Of a DNA stretch of 32,000 nucleotides, positions 7,261 through 15,069 are shown in pieces. The notes under the pieces are model-generated. The model ran no database searches, had not been told where the DNA came from, and was given only the letters and a program-made list of their open reading frames with translations. The DNA is from Candidatus Saccharimonadota bacterium. Its GTDB lineage: Bacteria; Patescibacteriota; Gracilibacteria; UBA1369; 2-02-FULL-48-14. A program made the position numbers and the translations under genes. Each line of letters starts with the position of its first letter. Position 1 is the stretch's first letter. Location: the NCBI GenBank assembly GCA_016699145.1, contig CP064962.1, positions 120,001-152,000 of the forward strand. The letters run 5' to 3'.

Positions 7261-8394
7261 TTGGGAGCTAACCAAGCTCAAAAAAAGTTCCTATCGAATC
7301 TAGCAATGATAGCAGGATTGCCCCTATATCAAAGATATGAGGATCATATTATTTACGAAATAGATACTGACCTCTCCCAAAACCTAGAGGACACACTTGC
7401 ATGCATACTTCTTCGCCATCGAACTCAATTTGATGCAGCCGTAGCAGGATGGACGGGAAAAGACAAAAGAGAAGAAGAGGATTTAGCAGAAGTATATCCA
7501 AGCGCAAATGCATTATTACGTAAATTCAACATTCCTAAGGGTGAATTAACTGAAGCACCAAATGGTGATCTGCAAATACCTCCTCTATCTGAAGAAGAAT
7601 TCCAAAAGATCTTTAGATCTAGCACCAGATCCAAAACTGCTCCAATTGTTTTTGCAAAAAAAGTCGCGCGAGGGTACCAACTCAGTCCATTGACAGATAT
7701 GGGGGAGTCTCTATCTCTGAGCGATACCAGGCGCTCCGAATTAATAAAATTGATGAGAAAGAGATTTGAAGAAAGAACAGAAGAGAGCTACAAAGATATG
7801 TTAAACAATCTAGGAATACAGACCTTAGAGGAGGACCTTGAAAAGGACCCTTCACTTAAAGCAGATTTTCTACATTACATCTCGATAGTTTTTGGTCCGA
7901 AAGAGTCACCCATTGCTCCAAACCCACAAGAGCCCTTTACCGTAGCCTTGCTTAGACTGAATGAAAAGGCATTTCTAGAAGAAATCTTCGTGCCAACCAT
8001 AAAATACAAAAGAGGGGAAGGGAAGATGGAATTGCCCTATAAGGGGATAGCATATGAAGAAAAACCATTTGGGGAAAATGGTAGCCTTACTACAGTAAAT
8101 ACTCAAAAAACATGTGGACAATTTACTGGATTGGAAGAATCGGAAAAAATTGAAAATGCTAAAAAAGCTGCTGAAGATGAAAATATAAAAATCAAATATG
8201 CTTTTAAAGAAGATTTCTTGATGTTTAGACTCTTCGTTAAAGCAGTTTCCGATCAAGAAAGAGAAGATTTACGCAGAGCAATTTTCATAAAAGAACTTGA
8301 TTCTAGCATCAGGAGAGGCTCCTATTCCATGTCAAAGGCTTTTGATGATATTAAAGAACTAGGAGCTGTTAACATAAATAGAGGAGTGGTGTAG
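7261..8394 (+). CDS. Hypothetical protein, N-terminal fragment of a large orphan gene split by an IS5-family insertion at 8361/8362
   Basis: Low-GC ORF with a TTG start (first ATG at ~7306). The last 11 codons (GAVNINRGVV*) are encoded by the IS left end. The host reading frame resumes at 9208. Confidence 0.6.
   Translation: MGANQAQKKFLSNLAMIAGLPLYQRYEDHIIYEIDTDLSQNLEDTLACILLRHRTQFDAAVAGWTGKDKREEEDLAEVYPSANALLRKFNIPKGELTEAPNGDLQIPPLSEEEFQKIFRSSTRSKTAPIVFAKKVARGYQLSPLTDMGESLSLSDTRRSELIKLMRKRFEERTEESYKDMLNNLGIQTLEEDLEKDPSLKADFLHYISIVFGPKESPIAPNPQEPFTVALLRLNEKAFLEEIFVPTIKYKRGEGKMELPYKGIAYEEKPFGENGSLTTVNTQKTCGQFTGLEESEKIENAKKAAEDENIKIKYAFKEDFLMFRLFVKAVSDQEREDLRRAIFIKELDSSIRRGSYSMSKAFDDIKELGAVNINRGVV
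8362..8377. repeat. IS5-family left terminal inverted repeat
   Basis: GGAGCTGTTAACATAA is the exact reverse complement of 9190-9205. Confidence 0.9.
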
Positions 8395-8420
8395 AGTGAA
8401 GTTACTCTAACCCTAACGCC

Positions 8421-9198
8421 ATGTACCAGATGCTAACGGATGAACAGTTCAAACTGATCCAGCCTTATTTTCCAAAGCCCAGAAAGCCTGAAAAGATTCC
8501 ACTGAAACGTTGCATGGATGCCATTTGTTATGTACTTAAAACAGGGTGCGCATGGAGACAAATGCCCTACGATTACAGAGAAAAAGAGAATGACTGGCAC
8601 ACGATTTATACAAGATACAAACGGTGGAGCGAATCTGGACTTTTTGGACAAATGCTTAGAGCACTTGAAGTAGCAGATGTACTTCAAGTGCGAATAGCTT
8701 TCCTGGACAGTACAACAAATAGAGCGCACCACAGTGCAGCGGGAGCCATGAAAAAAAGGGGCCACAAGCGTTAGGCCGAAGTAGAGGTGGGTACACTACA
8801 AAAATTCACATGATTGCTGGAGATCCAGATCATGGGATGCACTTTGTTTTAACAGGTGGTGAAGTGAGCGATGTGAAAGTTGGAAAACAAATTTTGAGAG
8901 ATTATTCGTTTCCAAAAACAGTAGATCATTTGGCTATGGACAAAGGTTATTCATGCTACAAAGTTCTGGAGCTGTGCGAAGAAAAAGGCATAACTCAGTC
9001 GTTCCTCCAAAGGCAAAAATGAAATTTCCGTGGGAATACAACAAGAACATTTATGCCTACCGCAACGAGATTGAACGCCTATTTCACCGAATGAAAAATT
9101 ACAGAAGAATTTCAACTCGCTATGACAAATTAGACCTGATGTATGCCTCCTTTATCTCCCTCTGCCTTGTGGCACTTTTACTCAAAGTCTTATGTTAA
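8421..9198 (+). CDS. IS5-family transposase OrfAB: expected programmed -1 frameshift at the A7G run plus a second, unexpected 1-nt frameshift near 8992
   Basis: OrfA: LTDEQFKLIQPYFP...CYVLKTGCAWRQMP...WHTIYTRYKRWSESGLF. The -1 frame after the A7 run reads KKGPQALGRSRGGYTTKIHMIAGD...AMDKGYS...EEKGI. The remainder (NSVVPPKAK...YRNEIERLFHRMKNYRRISTRYDKL) is in yet another frame (track ORFs 8421, 8810 and 8953). Confidence 0.85.
8751..8758 (+). promoter_or_regulatory. Programmed -1 ribosomal frameshift motif (A AAA AAA G) of the IS5-family transposase
   Basis: The A7 run followed by G lies exactly where the OrfA frame and the GRSRGG-containing OrfB frame overlap. Confidence 0.7.
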
Positions 9199-9205
9199 CA
9201 GCTCC
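9190..9205. repeat. IS5-family right terminal inverted repeat
   Basis: TTATGTTAACAGCTCC is the exact reverse complement of 8362-8377. It contains the transposase stop codon. Confidence 0.9.
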
Positions 9206-9207
9206 TA

Positions 9208-9954
9208 AAGCCAGAAGAATTAGAGGAAGTCCTACAATTGGCAGAAGTAGAGATGGAAGCGACTGAAAAAGAAAATCTTGAAGCGGTTTTAAATCAAAAC
9301 GAAAAGCTTAAATTAATCTCTGCTTTAGATGCAATACGCAGGATTAGATTACTAAATCAGCCAGATCGATCAATAAGAGCAATGTCCCTTAGTCGGGATA
9401 TATTGGCTTATATTGAGAAACAGGATCAATCAATTAAAGAGAAGCAAACTAGGTTGGATGCTTTTCAGGTTAGACTTACTGAATACAATCAAAAGTTAGA
9501 ACAGCTCAGCCCCGCTCAACAGAAAGAATTGGGTACTTTAGAGGCGGAAGCCTTAGATTGTGCTATGAGCGAAACGCGTCTAGGGGACGCTTTATTACAG
9601 GAGTTCCGAGGTTCTTCTCCTCACCCAATTTTTGGGTCTGCTAGCTTTCCATACCAATTACTGCACTTTAGTAAGGTTGAATTTCAAGGTTACTTTGTTT
9701 CTCATCCAAACCAAGATTTAACTACTGAACATCTCGAGACTATTGCTCGATGTGAAGCATTGAGAAAAGAAACAATGGATACCCAAGCCTCGATTCAGGA
9801 AAAACTCGTTGAATGGGTGGGGCCAAGACCAAACTCTCCTGATGGAAGTTTGGCAGGAACTATTGAACTTCAAAAAAGAAATGTGGAGTTTGCTTTGGCG
9901 AATAATAGAATCCCAGACTACAAGGATCAGAAAGATTGGAAAATATCATGGTAG
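9208..9954 (+). CDS. Hypothetical protein, C-terminal fragment of the IS-disrupted orphan gene
   Basis: The frame is open from the IS right end (KPEELEEVLQLAEVEMEATEK...), the same frame (1) as 7261..8361. The track ORF starts at internal codon 9238. Coiled-coil-like, with no recognisable domain. Confidence 0.6.
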   Translation, partial: KPEELEEVLQLAEVEMEATEKENLEAVLNQNEKLKLISALDAIRRIRLLNQPDRSIRAMSLSRDILAYIEKQDQSIKEKQTRLDAFQVRLTEYNQKLEQLSPAQQKELGTLEAEALDCAMSETRLGDALLQEFRGSSPHPIFGSASFPYQLLHFSKVEFQGYFVSHPNQDLTTEHLETIARCEALRKETMDTQASIQEKLVEWVGPRPNSPDGSLAGTIELQKRNVEFALANNRIPDYKDQKDWKISW

Positions 9955-10014
9955 TCAAAAGCGCTTGCGGATGCGGCTCATCAAAAGGTACATTGAGTCC
10001 GCTTAACTTTTCCA

Positions 10015-10617
10015 ATGATCCTCTCCGACCACGACATCAAAATTGCCATTCAAAGCGGCCGCATTGCCGTTGAATCGCCGGAAAATGATCATGAAAAAAA
10101 TATTCATGCTTCCAGCATGGATTTACGTTTGGGCAAATGGTTCAAAGTGTATGAGCACAGTAAATTTCCCGTGCTCGATCCCCTCAAAATGGGCAGCTTT
10201 CAAGGACTCACCAAGCTCGTAGAAATCACAAATCCTGAAGAACCCTTCATCGTTCACCCAGGCGACTTTGTGCTCGGCGTAACCATAGAAAAAGTAAAAC
10301 TCGGCGACGACATCGTGGCTCGTGTAGAGGGCCGCAGTTCGCTCGGGCGTCTCGGCATCATCGTACACTCCACGGCCGGCTTCATCGACGCCGGATTTGA
10401 AGGAACCATCACTCTTGAAATCACCAACATCAACCGTATGCCCGTAGCCCTTTACCCAGGCATGCGCGTGTGCCAACTCGCTTTTGAAGAAATGAGCAGT
10501 CCAGCCGACGTCCCTTACAACAAAAAAGCCAGCTCCAAATACCAAGGCCAATCCTTGCCTGAAGAAAGTCGCCTCACCATCGATCCGGAGTTCGACAAAG
10601 TTAAATTGGCCGCCTAA
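10015..10617 (+). CDS. dcd: dCTP deaminase
   Basis: 200 aa. MILSDHDI start, VEGRSSLGRLGIIVH..AGFID.GF.G.ITLEI.N, PYNKK..SKYQGQ. Confidence 0.9.
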   Translation: MILSDHDIKIAIQSGRIAVESPENDHEKNIHASSMDLRLGKWFKVYEHSKFPVLDPLKMGSFQGLTKLVEITNPEEPFIVHPGDFVLGVTIEKVKLGDDIVARVEGRSSLGRLGIIVHSTAGFIDAGFEGTITLEITNINRMPVALYPGMRVCQLAFEEMSSPADVPYNKKASSKYQGQSLPEESRLTIDPEFDKVKLAA

Positions 10618-10620
10618 GCC

Positions 10621-12162
10621 ATGTTCAATCTTCTCCACGACCGCAAAATCCCGTCGCTCATGGCGACTCAGCATCCCGACAATGCCTGTGCACCCTTTTG
10701 GTCGGACACTCCTTTCATAAACACTCACCTGGAAGTGGAAGAAATTTATCAAAGTTTCTTCGGCCTCGGCTGCGACGAGTACATGTGGGATTGGGAAGGC
10801 AAATTCGCCGACGAAGGAATGATCGAACGCCTGTTGACCAACCACTTCGAAGCCTTCAAGCAGGAGCAACTGGGTCGCGATCGCTTCATCACTTTGCGCA
10901 TCCCCAACATTTGGGAAGAAAAAACGTTCAAACTGGCTCGTGCCTACATGAGCGTGCTGTCTGCTGCTGAATTCATGAAATCGCTGAATCTGTATACGCC
11001 ACCCGTTTTCGAGCTCATTTTGCCCATGACCAAGAGCGCGGATCAACTCTTGCATATTCAAAAAACCTTTCAAAAAACAGCCCAACTTCACGAACAAATT
11101 TTCTGCGAAGAAGACTCCAGCGCTTGCAATCGTTTTGGAGAAGATTACATTCACATCATTCCTCTTTTTGAAAGCGTGGATGATTTGGCCAACTGCGCCG
11201 AAGTCCTCACCGAATTTTTACGCCTGCACCGTGAACACTTCAAAAAAGACCCTCCTTATTTACGCGTATTCATCGCTCGCTCAGACCCAGCCCTCAACGC
11301 CGGTTTCGTGCCTGCCGTTTTAGCTTCTCGTTTGGCTTTGCGTGAAATTGCTCGCATGGAAAAAGAAACCGGTATTCCCATGTATCCCATCATCGGCAGC
11401 GGATCTCTTCCATTTCGCGGAGGCATCAATCCTGAAAATTTAGAAAAAGTGCTGCCTCAATATGAAGGAGTACAAACCGTTTCCATTCAATCCGCTTTCC
11501 GTTACGACTATCCTCAAGAGGAAGTAAAAACAGCGCTTCAATACATCCAAAAAACACTCCCAAGCTTAAAAGCGCCCGACTTTGATGATGCCACTTTCGA
11601 AAAACTCAAAACTCTGATGCACTTGTTCAAAGATGTCTATCACCCCACCCTCGAAGCCTTCGCACCCACCATCAACGCCATGGCCAAACACGTGCCAGCT
11701 CGCCGTGAACGTGTGCAGCACGTAGGTCTCTTCGGTTACAATCGAGGAGTAGGAGAGGTGAAATTACCCAGAGCCATTTCCTTCACAGCCGCCTGCTATT
11801 CTTTGGGCGTCCCACCCGAGTTCATTGGAACAGGTCGAGCACTCAAAAAGGCAAAAGCCCAAAATCTTCTCGACCTCTTAGAACAACATTTCTTCACTCT
11901 CCGCTCTGAATTGCACCATGCCGGCAAATACCTGAACATAGAAAACTTAGAGCACTATGCCAAAAGTGAGAGCTGGGCTAAGGAAATTTTAGAAGACGTA
12001 CACCTTTGCCAAGAGATACTAGGCATCGAACTCGGACCTCAAAAGCCCAATCATTTTCTGCACCGCAACCTCACCTCAAGCATTCTTTACAAACAAGAGC
12101 TAGGCCTCGACTTTCAGGAAGATCTTGTAGAAGCCGCCGTGATGCGGAAGAGTCTGGGGTGA
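10621..12162 (+). CDS. ppcA: Phosphoenolpyruvate carboxylase, archaeal type (PepcA)
   Basis: 513 aa. The N-terminus has KIPSLMATQHPDN, the hallmark start of the ~520-aa archaeal-type PEPC. The length also matches. Confidence 0.8.
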   Translation: MFNLLHDRKIPSLMATQHPDNACAPFWSDTPFINTHLEVEEIYQSFFGLGCDEYMWDWEGKFADEGMIERLLTNHFEAFKQEQLGRDRFITLRIPNIWEEKTFKLARAYMSVLSAAEFMKSLNLYTPPVFELILPMTKSADQLLHIQKTFQKTAQLHEQIFCEEDSSACNRFGEDYIHIIPLFESVDDLANCAEVLTEFLRLHREHFKKDPPYLRVFIARSDPALNAGFVPAVLASRLALREIARMEKETGIPMYPIIGSGSLPFRGGINPENLEKVLPQYEGVQTVSIQSAFRYDYPQEEVKTALQYIQKTLPSLKAPDFDDATFEKLKTLMHLFKDVYHPTLEAFAPTINAMAKHVPARRERVQHVGLFGYNRGVGEVKLPRAISFTAACYSLGVPPEFIGTGRALKKAKAQNLLDLLEQHFFTLRSELHHAGKYLNIENLEHYAKSESWAKEILEDVHLCQEILGIELGPQKPNHFLHRNLTSSILYKQELGLDFQEDLVEAAVMRKSLG

Positions 12163-12189
12163 CACTAAACTAGAGGCTATCTCAAACGC

Positions 12190-12717
12190 TTAGAGCTTTT
12201 TACCCGTTCGCTTAGCTCGCTTTGTTTGACCTCGAGTAAGTTTTTTCTTTGGAGCAACAGGAGCCTCGGTGACCTCCTCAACCATTTCCTCCATATCTGA
12301 AAAATCTTCGTCATCTTCAAAATCAATTTCTTCTTCCATAGCAGCTTCCAAAATCTCCAAGATTTTGTCCATCTTCGCATTGAGGGTCTTAAACTGCTCA
12401 TTCGTCATTTTTGGCTCAGAAACAGGGGCAGGAGCAAACCGTGGAGCCTTTGGCTCAAAGCGTCTGGGTTCAAAACCATCTTGATCCTGACGTTTGAAGC
12501 AATCCCTACAGAAAACAGGGCGCCCATTAACAGGTTTAAAAGGCACTTCACAAAAATTGCCACAATCAGAGCAATGGGTAGAAAAAAGAGGCTTACCCGT
12601 TCCATTCCCACCACTAAAATTAGGACGATCTCCATAAGGACGGCTAAAATGACGTTTCCCTCCAGAATTTCGCTCTGAACCAAAGTCGCGATTCTCTTGA
12701 TTGAATTTTCTATACAT
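12190..12717 (-). CDS. CxxC-x17-CxxC zinc-ribbon domain protein with a basic N-terminus and an acidic C-terminal region
   Basis: CSDCGNFCEVPFKPVNGRPVFCRDC has exactly 17 residues between the two CxxC pairs. A Gly/Arg-rich N-terminus is followed by an EEEIDFEDDEDFSDMEEMVEE acidic tract and a Lys-rich tail. Confidence 0.75.
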   Translation of the reverse strand: MYRKFNQENRDFGSERNSGGKRHFSRPYGDRPNFSGGNGTGKPLFSTHCSDCGNFCEVPFKPVNGRPVFCRDCFKRQDQDGFEPRRFEPKAPRFAPAPVSEPKMTNEQFKTLNAKMDKILEILEAAMEEEIDFEDDEDFSDMEEMVEEVTEAPVAPKKKLTRGQTKRAKRTGKKL

Positions 12718-12796
12718 ATAACAAGTTTTTTAAATGACAAGCGTAGAACCATAGACCCTTCCTAGGAGAATGTCCAATAAATAAAAACAGCCCGCT

Positions 12797-14119
12797 CTAA
12801 CTCCCCAAATACGCCTCAATAGCTTTTGCCAGCGTTGCATAAATCGCATCCAATCTTTGGGGATCGCGTGTCAATGTTGTGACGCGGAATCCATAATAGG
12901 GGCTGAAAAAACCGGTCGCCGGAACCACACAAATACCAGTGCTCGCCACAAGATAGTAAACAAAACGTTTATCCAAGGCCATGTCGGGATCAGCCGTCTT
13001 TTCTTCCACAAATTTACGCAGCTCTTCATTGGCGATGGGCAAACTTTGATGGGCCTTCAAAACGCCATCTTCAAAGATGGGCATCATGTAAAAAGCTCCA
13101 TTGGCCGGATTCACTTTAAGTCCTTTCACGGTGCTTAATTTTTCCGTAATCACCCGACTGTTGCGCTCTAACAGTTCATTGTTCTGCTTCAGCCATCCAG
13201 CAAATTCAGGATGATCGTAAACACGTGGCATCACCACCTGTGGCAAGTGCGTAGAACACACCTCCAAAAGGGCACGCCGTTTCACACTGTCCGCATATTT
13301 TTTAAAATCGGCATCCAAGTTTACATTGTGAAATTCCACCCAACCGCTGCGCCCACCGGGCCAAGGCACATCTTTAGAAAGCCCACGCATCACAATCAGC
13401 GGCACACGATTTTTGGCAATTTCCGTGATTTGAGGGAAAACATAAGCATTATAAATCATGCGGAAATAAATCTCATCCGAAAGGATCATGAGCTGATATT
13501 TTTCAGCGAGTTGCACGATTTTTTCCAAAGTTTCCGCACTATAAATCGCACCCGTGGGATTGTTAGGATTGATGATCAAAATACCCGCCACCTCAGGGTG
13601 TTGAACAATTTGATTTTCCATGTCTGCCAAATCAGGCTCCCATCCTTTTTCTGGATCCAACTTGTAAGTGAGCGCCTCTTCCCCCTCAGAAAAAGATTCA
13701 AAAGCCCCATGAGTAGGGTAGGCAGGGCTGGGTTGTAAAATGCGCGCTCCTTTTGGCAGCATTTGGTACATCATCGAAATGGCCGCTCCTAAACCAGAAG
13801 TGATGAGCACATCCTCGTAGTCGAGTTCGCTGTTCGGGGAAAAACGTCGAGAATAATCAGCAATCCATTTGCGAACGGGAATGGCCCCGCGTGAATGAGT
13901 GTAACCAAACACTAAATCACCAGGTTTATCCACTTCTTCTTTGATGAGTTCCTTCATAAAAGTCGGCACCGGCCAACCTTTCGCAATGGGGTCCCCAATA
14001 TTTTCATTTTCAATCTTCAGACTAGGATCCAACTCCGTCAGCCGCTGCACAAAATCCACAATTTCACGAATTTCATAACGGAGCAGATGAGCAGAAGGAT
14101 GAACAAGGCTGTGGCGCAT
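12797..14119 (-). CDS. PLP-dependent aminotransferase, class I/II (alanine/aspartate aminotransferase-like)
   Basis: 440 aa. NPNNPTG, and LSKD..WPGGRSGW containing the PLP-binding lysine region. Confidence 0.8.
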   Translation of the reverse strand: MRHSLVHPSAHLLRYEIREIVDFVQRLTELDPSLKIENENIGDPIAKGWPVPTFMKELIKEEVDKPGDLVFGYTHSRGAIPVRKWIADYSRRFSPNSELDYEDVLITSGLGAAISMMYQMLPKGARILQPSPAYPTHGAFESFSEGEEALTYKLDPEKGWEPDLADMENQIVQHPEVAGILIINPNNPTGAIYSAETLEKIVQLAEKYQLMILSDEIYFRMIYNAYVFPQITEIAKNRVPLIVMRGLSKDVPWPGGRSGWVEFHNVNLDADFKKYADSVKRRALLEVCSTHLPQVVMPRVYDHPEFAGWLKQNNELLERNSRVITEKLSTVKGLKVNPANGAFYMMPIFEDGVLKAHQSLPIANEELRKFVEEKTADPDMALDKRFVYYLVASTGICVVPATGFFSPYYGFRVTTLTRDPQRLDAIYATLAKAIEAYLGS

Positions 14120-14186
14120 GAAGAAAGATTAAGTGGCCTGAAGCTACCATAAAACAGACGGCATCAAAATATCATTTTACTTCAAC

Positions 14187-14215
14187 TTGAAAAAGCATCT
14201 GAAAATGTGATAAAT
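14187..14215 (+). promoter_or_regulatory. Putative promoter for the amidinotransferase-fold gene
   Basis: TTGAAA (14187-14192), a 17-nt spacer, then ATAAAT (14210-14215). It overlaps the GTG 14207 start proposed by the track, which favours ATG 14243 as the true start. Confidence 0.35.
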
Positions 14216-14242
14216 AAGAGCAGTTTTCCTGACCACGCCTTT

Positions 14243-15061
14243 ATGCAAATCTTGCGCTGCACGCCAAAATTCTTCGATGTTTCTTATGTCATCAATCCTT
14301 ATATGGAAGCGGGACTCGGAAACGTGAACCGAGAACGCGCCTTTGAAGAGTGGAACGCTTTGACCCGTATTTACGATGAACTCGGCGTCGACTACAAAGT
14401 AATAGAAGGACAAGAAGCCCTGCCAGACATGGTCTTCACCGCCAACGCCGCCCTAACGTTCAAAGGACTGCGCGGCGAAAACTGCGTTCTCATTTCAAAC
14501 ATGGCCAAGGACGAACGAAAAGGCGAAAGCCCTCACATTGAAAATTGGTTCCGTGAAGAAGGGTATCAAATTCACAAACTGCCTGCTCATTTGAGTTGCA
14601 GTGGAACAGGAGACATTTTATACAATGCCGATCGCAGCTTTTTATGGGGAGGACATGGCTTCCGCACTCAAGTCGAAACCCATCGTGAAGTTGAAAAAAT
14701 CACTGGTCTGGAAGTGAAATCCCTCCGCCTCATCGATCCTTGGTTTTACGATCTGGATACCTGCCTCACGCCGATCACCCCTCAGCTCGCCCTCTGCAAC
14801 CTTATGGCTTTCGACGAAGCTTCTCAAGAACTCATCCGTTCTCACTTCTCAGACCTCATTGAGCTCACCGAAGAAGAAGGCCGCAATTTCACCTGCAATT
14901 CCCACATTTTAGCGGATCAAAAAACCATCATCATGAACGGCCGCAGCCCACGCGTCATCCAAGAATTGGAAGATCGTGGCTTCACCGTCATTGTCAGCCC
15001 CACCGAAGAATTCCTAAAAGCCGGCGGTTCCGTCGCTTGCATGAAGATGTTATTGGTGTGA
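14243..15061 (+). CDS. Amidinotransferase / DDAH / arginine-deiminase-fold (guanidino-group-modifying) enzyme
   Basis: MQILRCTPKFFDVSYVINPYM start, and a C-terminal GGSVACMKM with the catalytic-Cys context typical of the superfamily. The track start (GTG 14207) is possible but less likely. Confidence 0.65.
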   Translation: MQILRCTPKFFDVSYVINPYMEAGLGNVNRERAFEEWNALTRIYDELGVDYKVIEGQEALPDMVFTANAALTFKGLRGENCVLISNMAKDERKGESPHIENWFREEGYQIHKLPAHLSCSGTGDILYNADRSFLWGGHGFRTQVETHREVEKITGLEVKSLRLIDPWFYDLDTCLTPITPQLALCNLMAFDEASQELIRSHFSDLIELTEEEGRNFTCNSHILADQKTIIMNGRSPRVIQELEDRGFTVIVSPTEEFLKAGGSVACMKMLLV

Positions 15062-15069
15062 AGGAAAAC

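Larger units (their letters stand above)
8362..9205 (+). mobile_element. IS5-family insertion sequence (844 bp, IS427/IS1031-like two-ORF type)
   Basis: Perfect 16-bp terminal inverted repeats GGAGCTGTTAACATAA (8362-8377) and TTATGTTAACAGCTCC (9190-9205). TA flanks both ends (8360-8361 and 9206-9207). The internal transposase has a DUF4096-type N-terminus and a DDE C-terminus. Confidence 0.9.

Noticed and set aside
8433-8765. 110-aa ORF antisense to the IS5-family orfA
   Set aside because: It is a shadow ORF opposite a well-supported transposase N-terminal domain and has no motif support.
8360-9207. Alternative IS5 model with 18-bp inverted repeats (TAGGAGC...) and no target duplication
   Set aside because: Removing 848 bp puts the two halves of the host ORF out of frame with an early stop. 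Removing 846 bp (the 844-bp IS plus one TA) restores a continuous frame.
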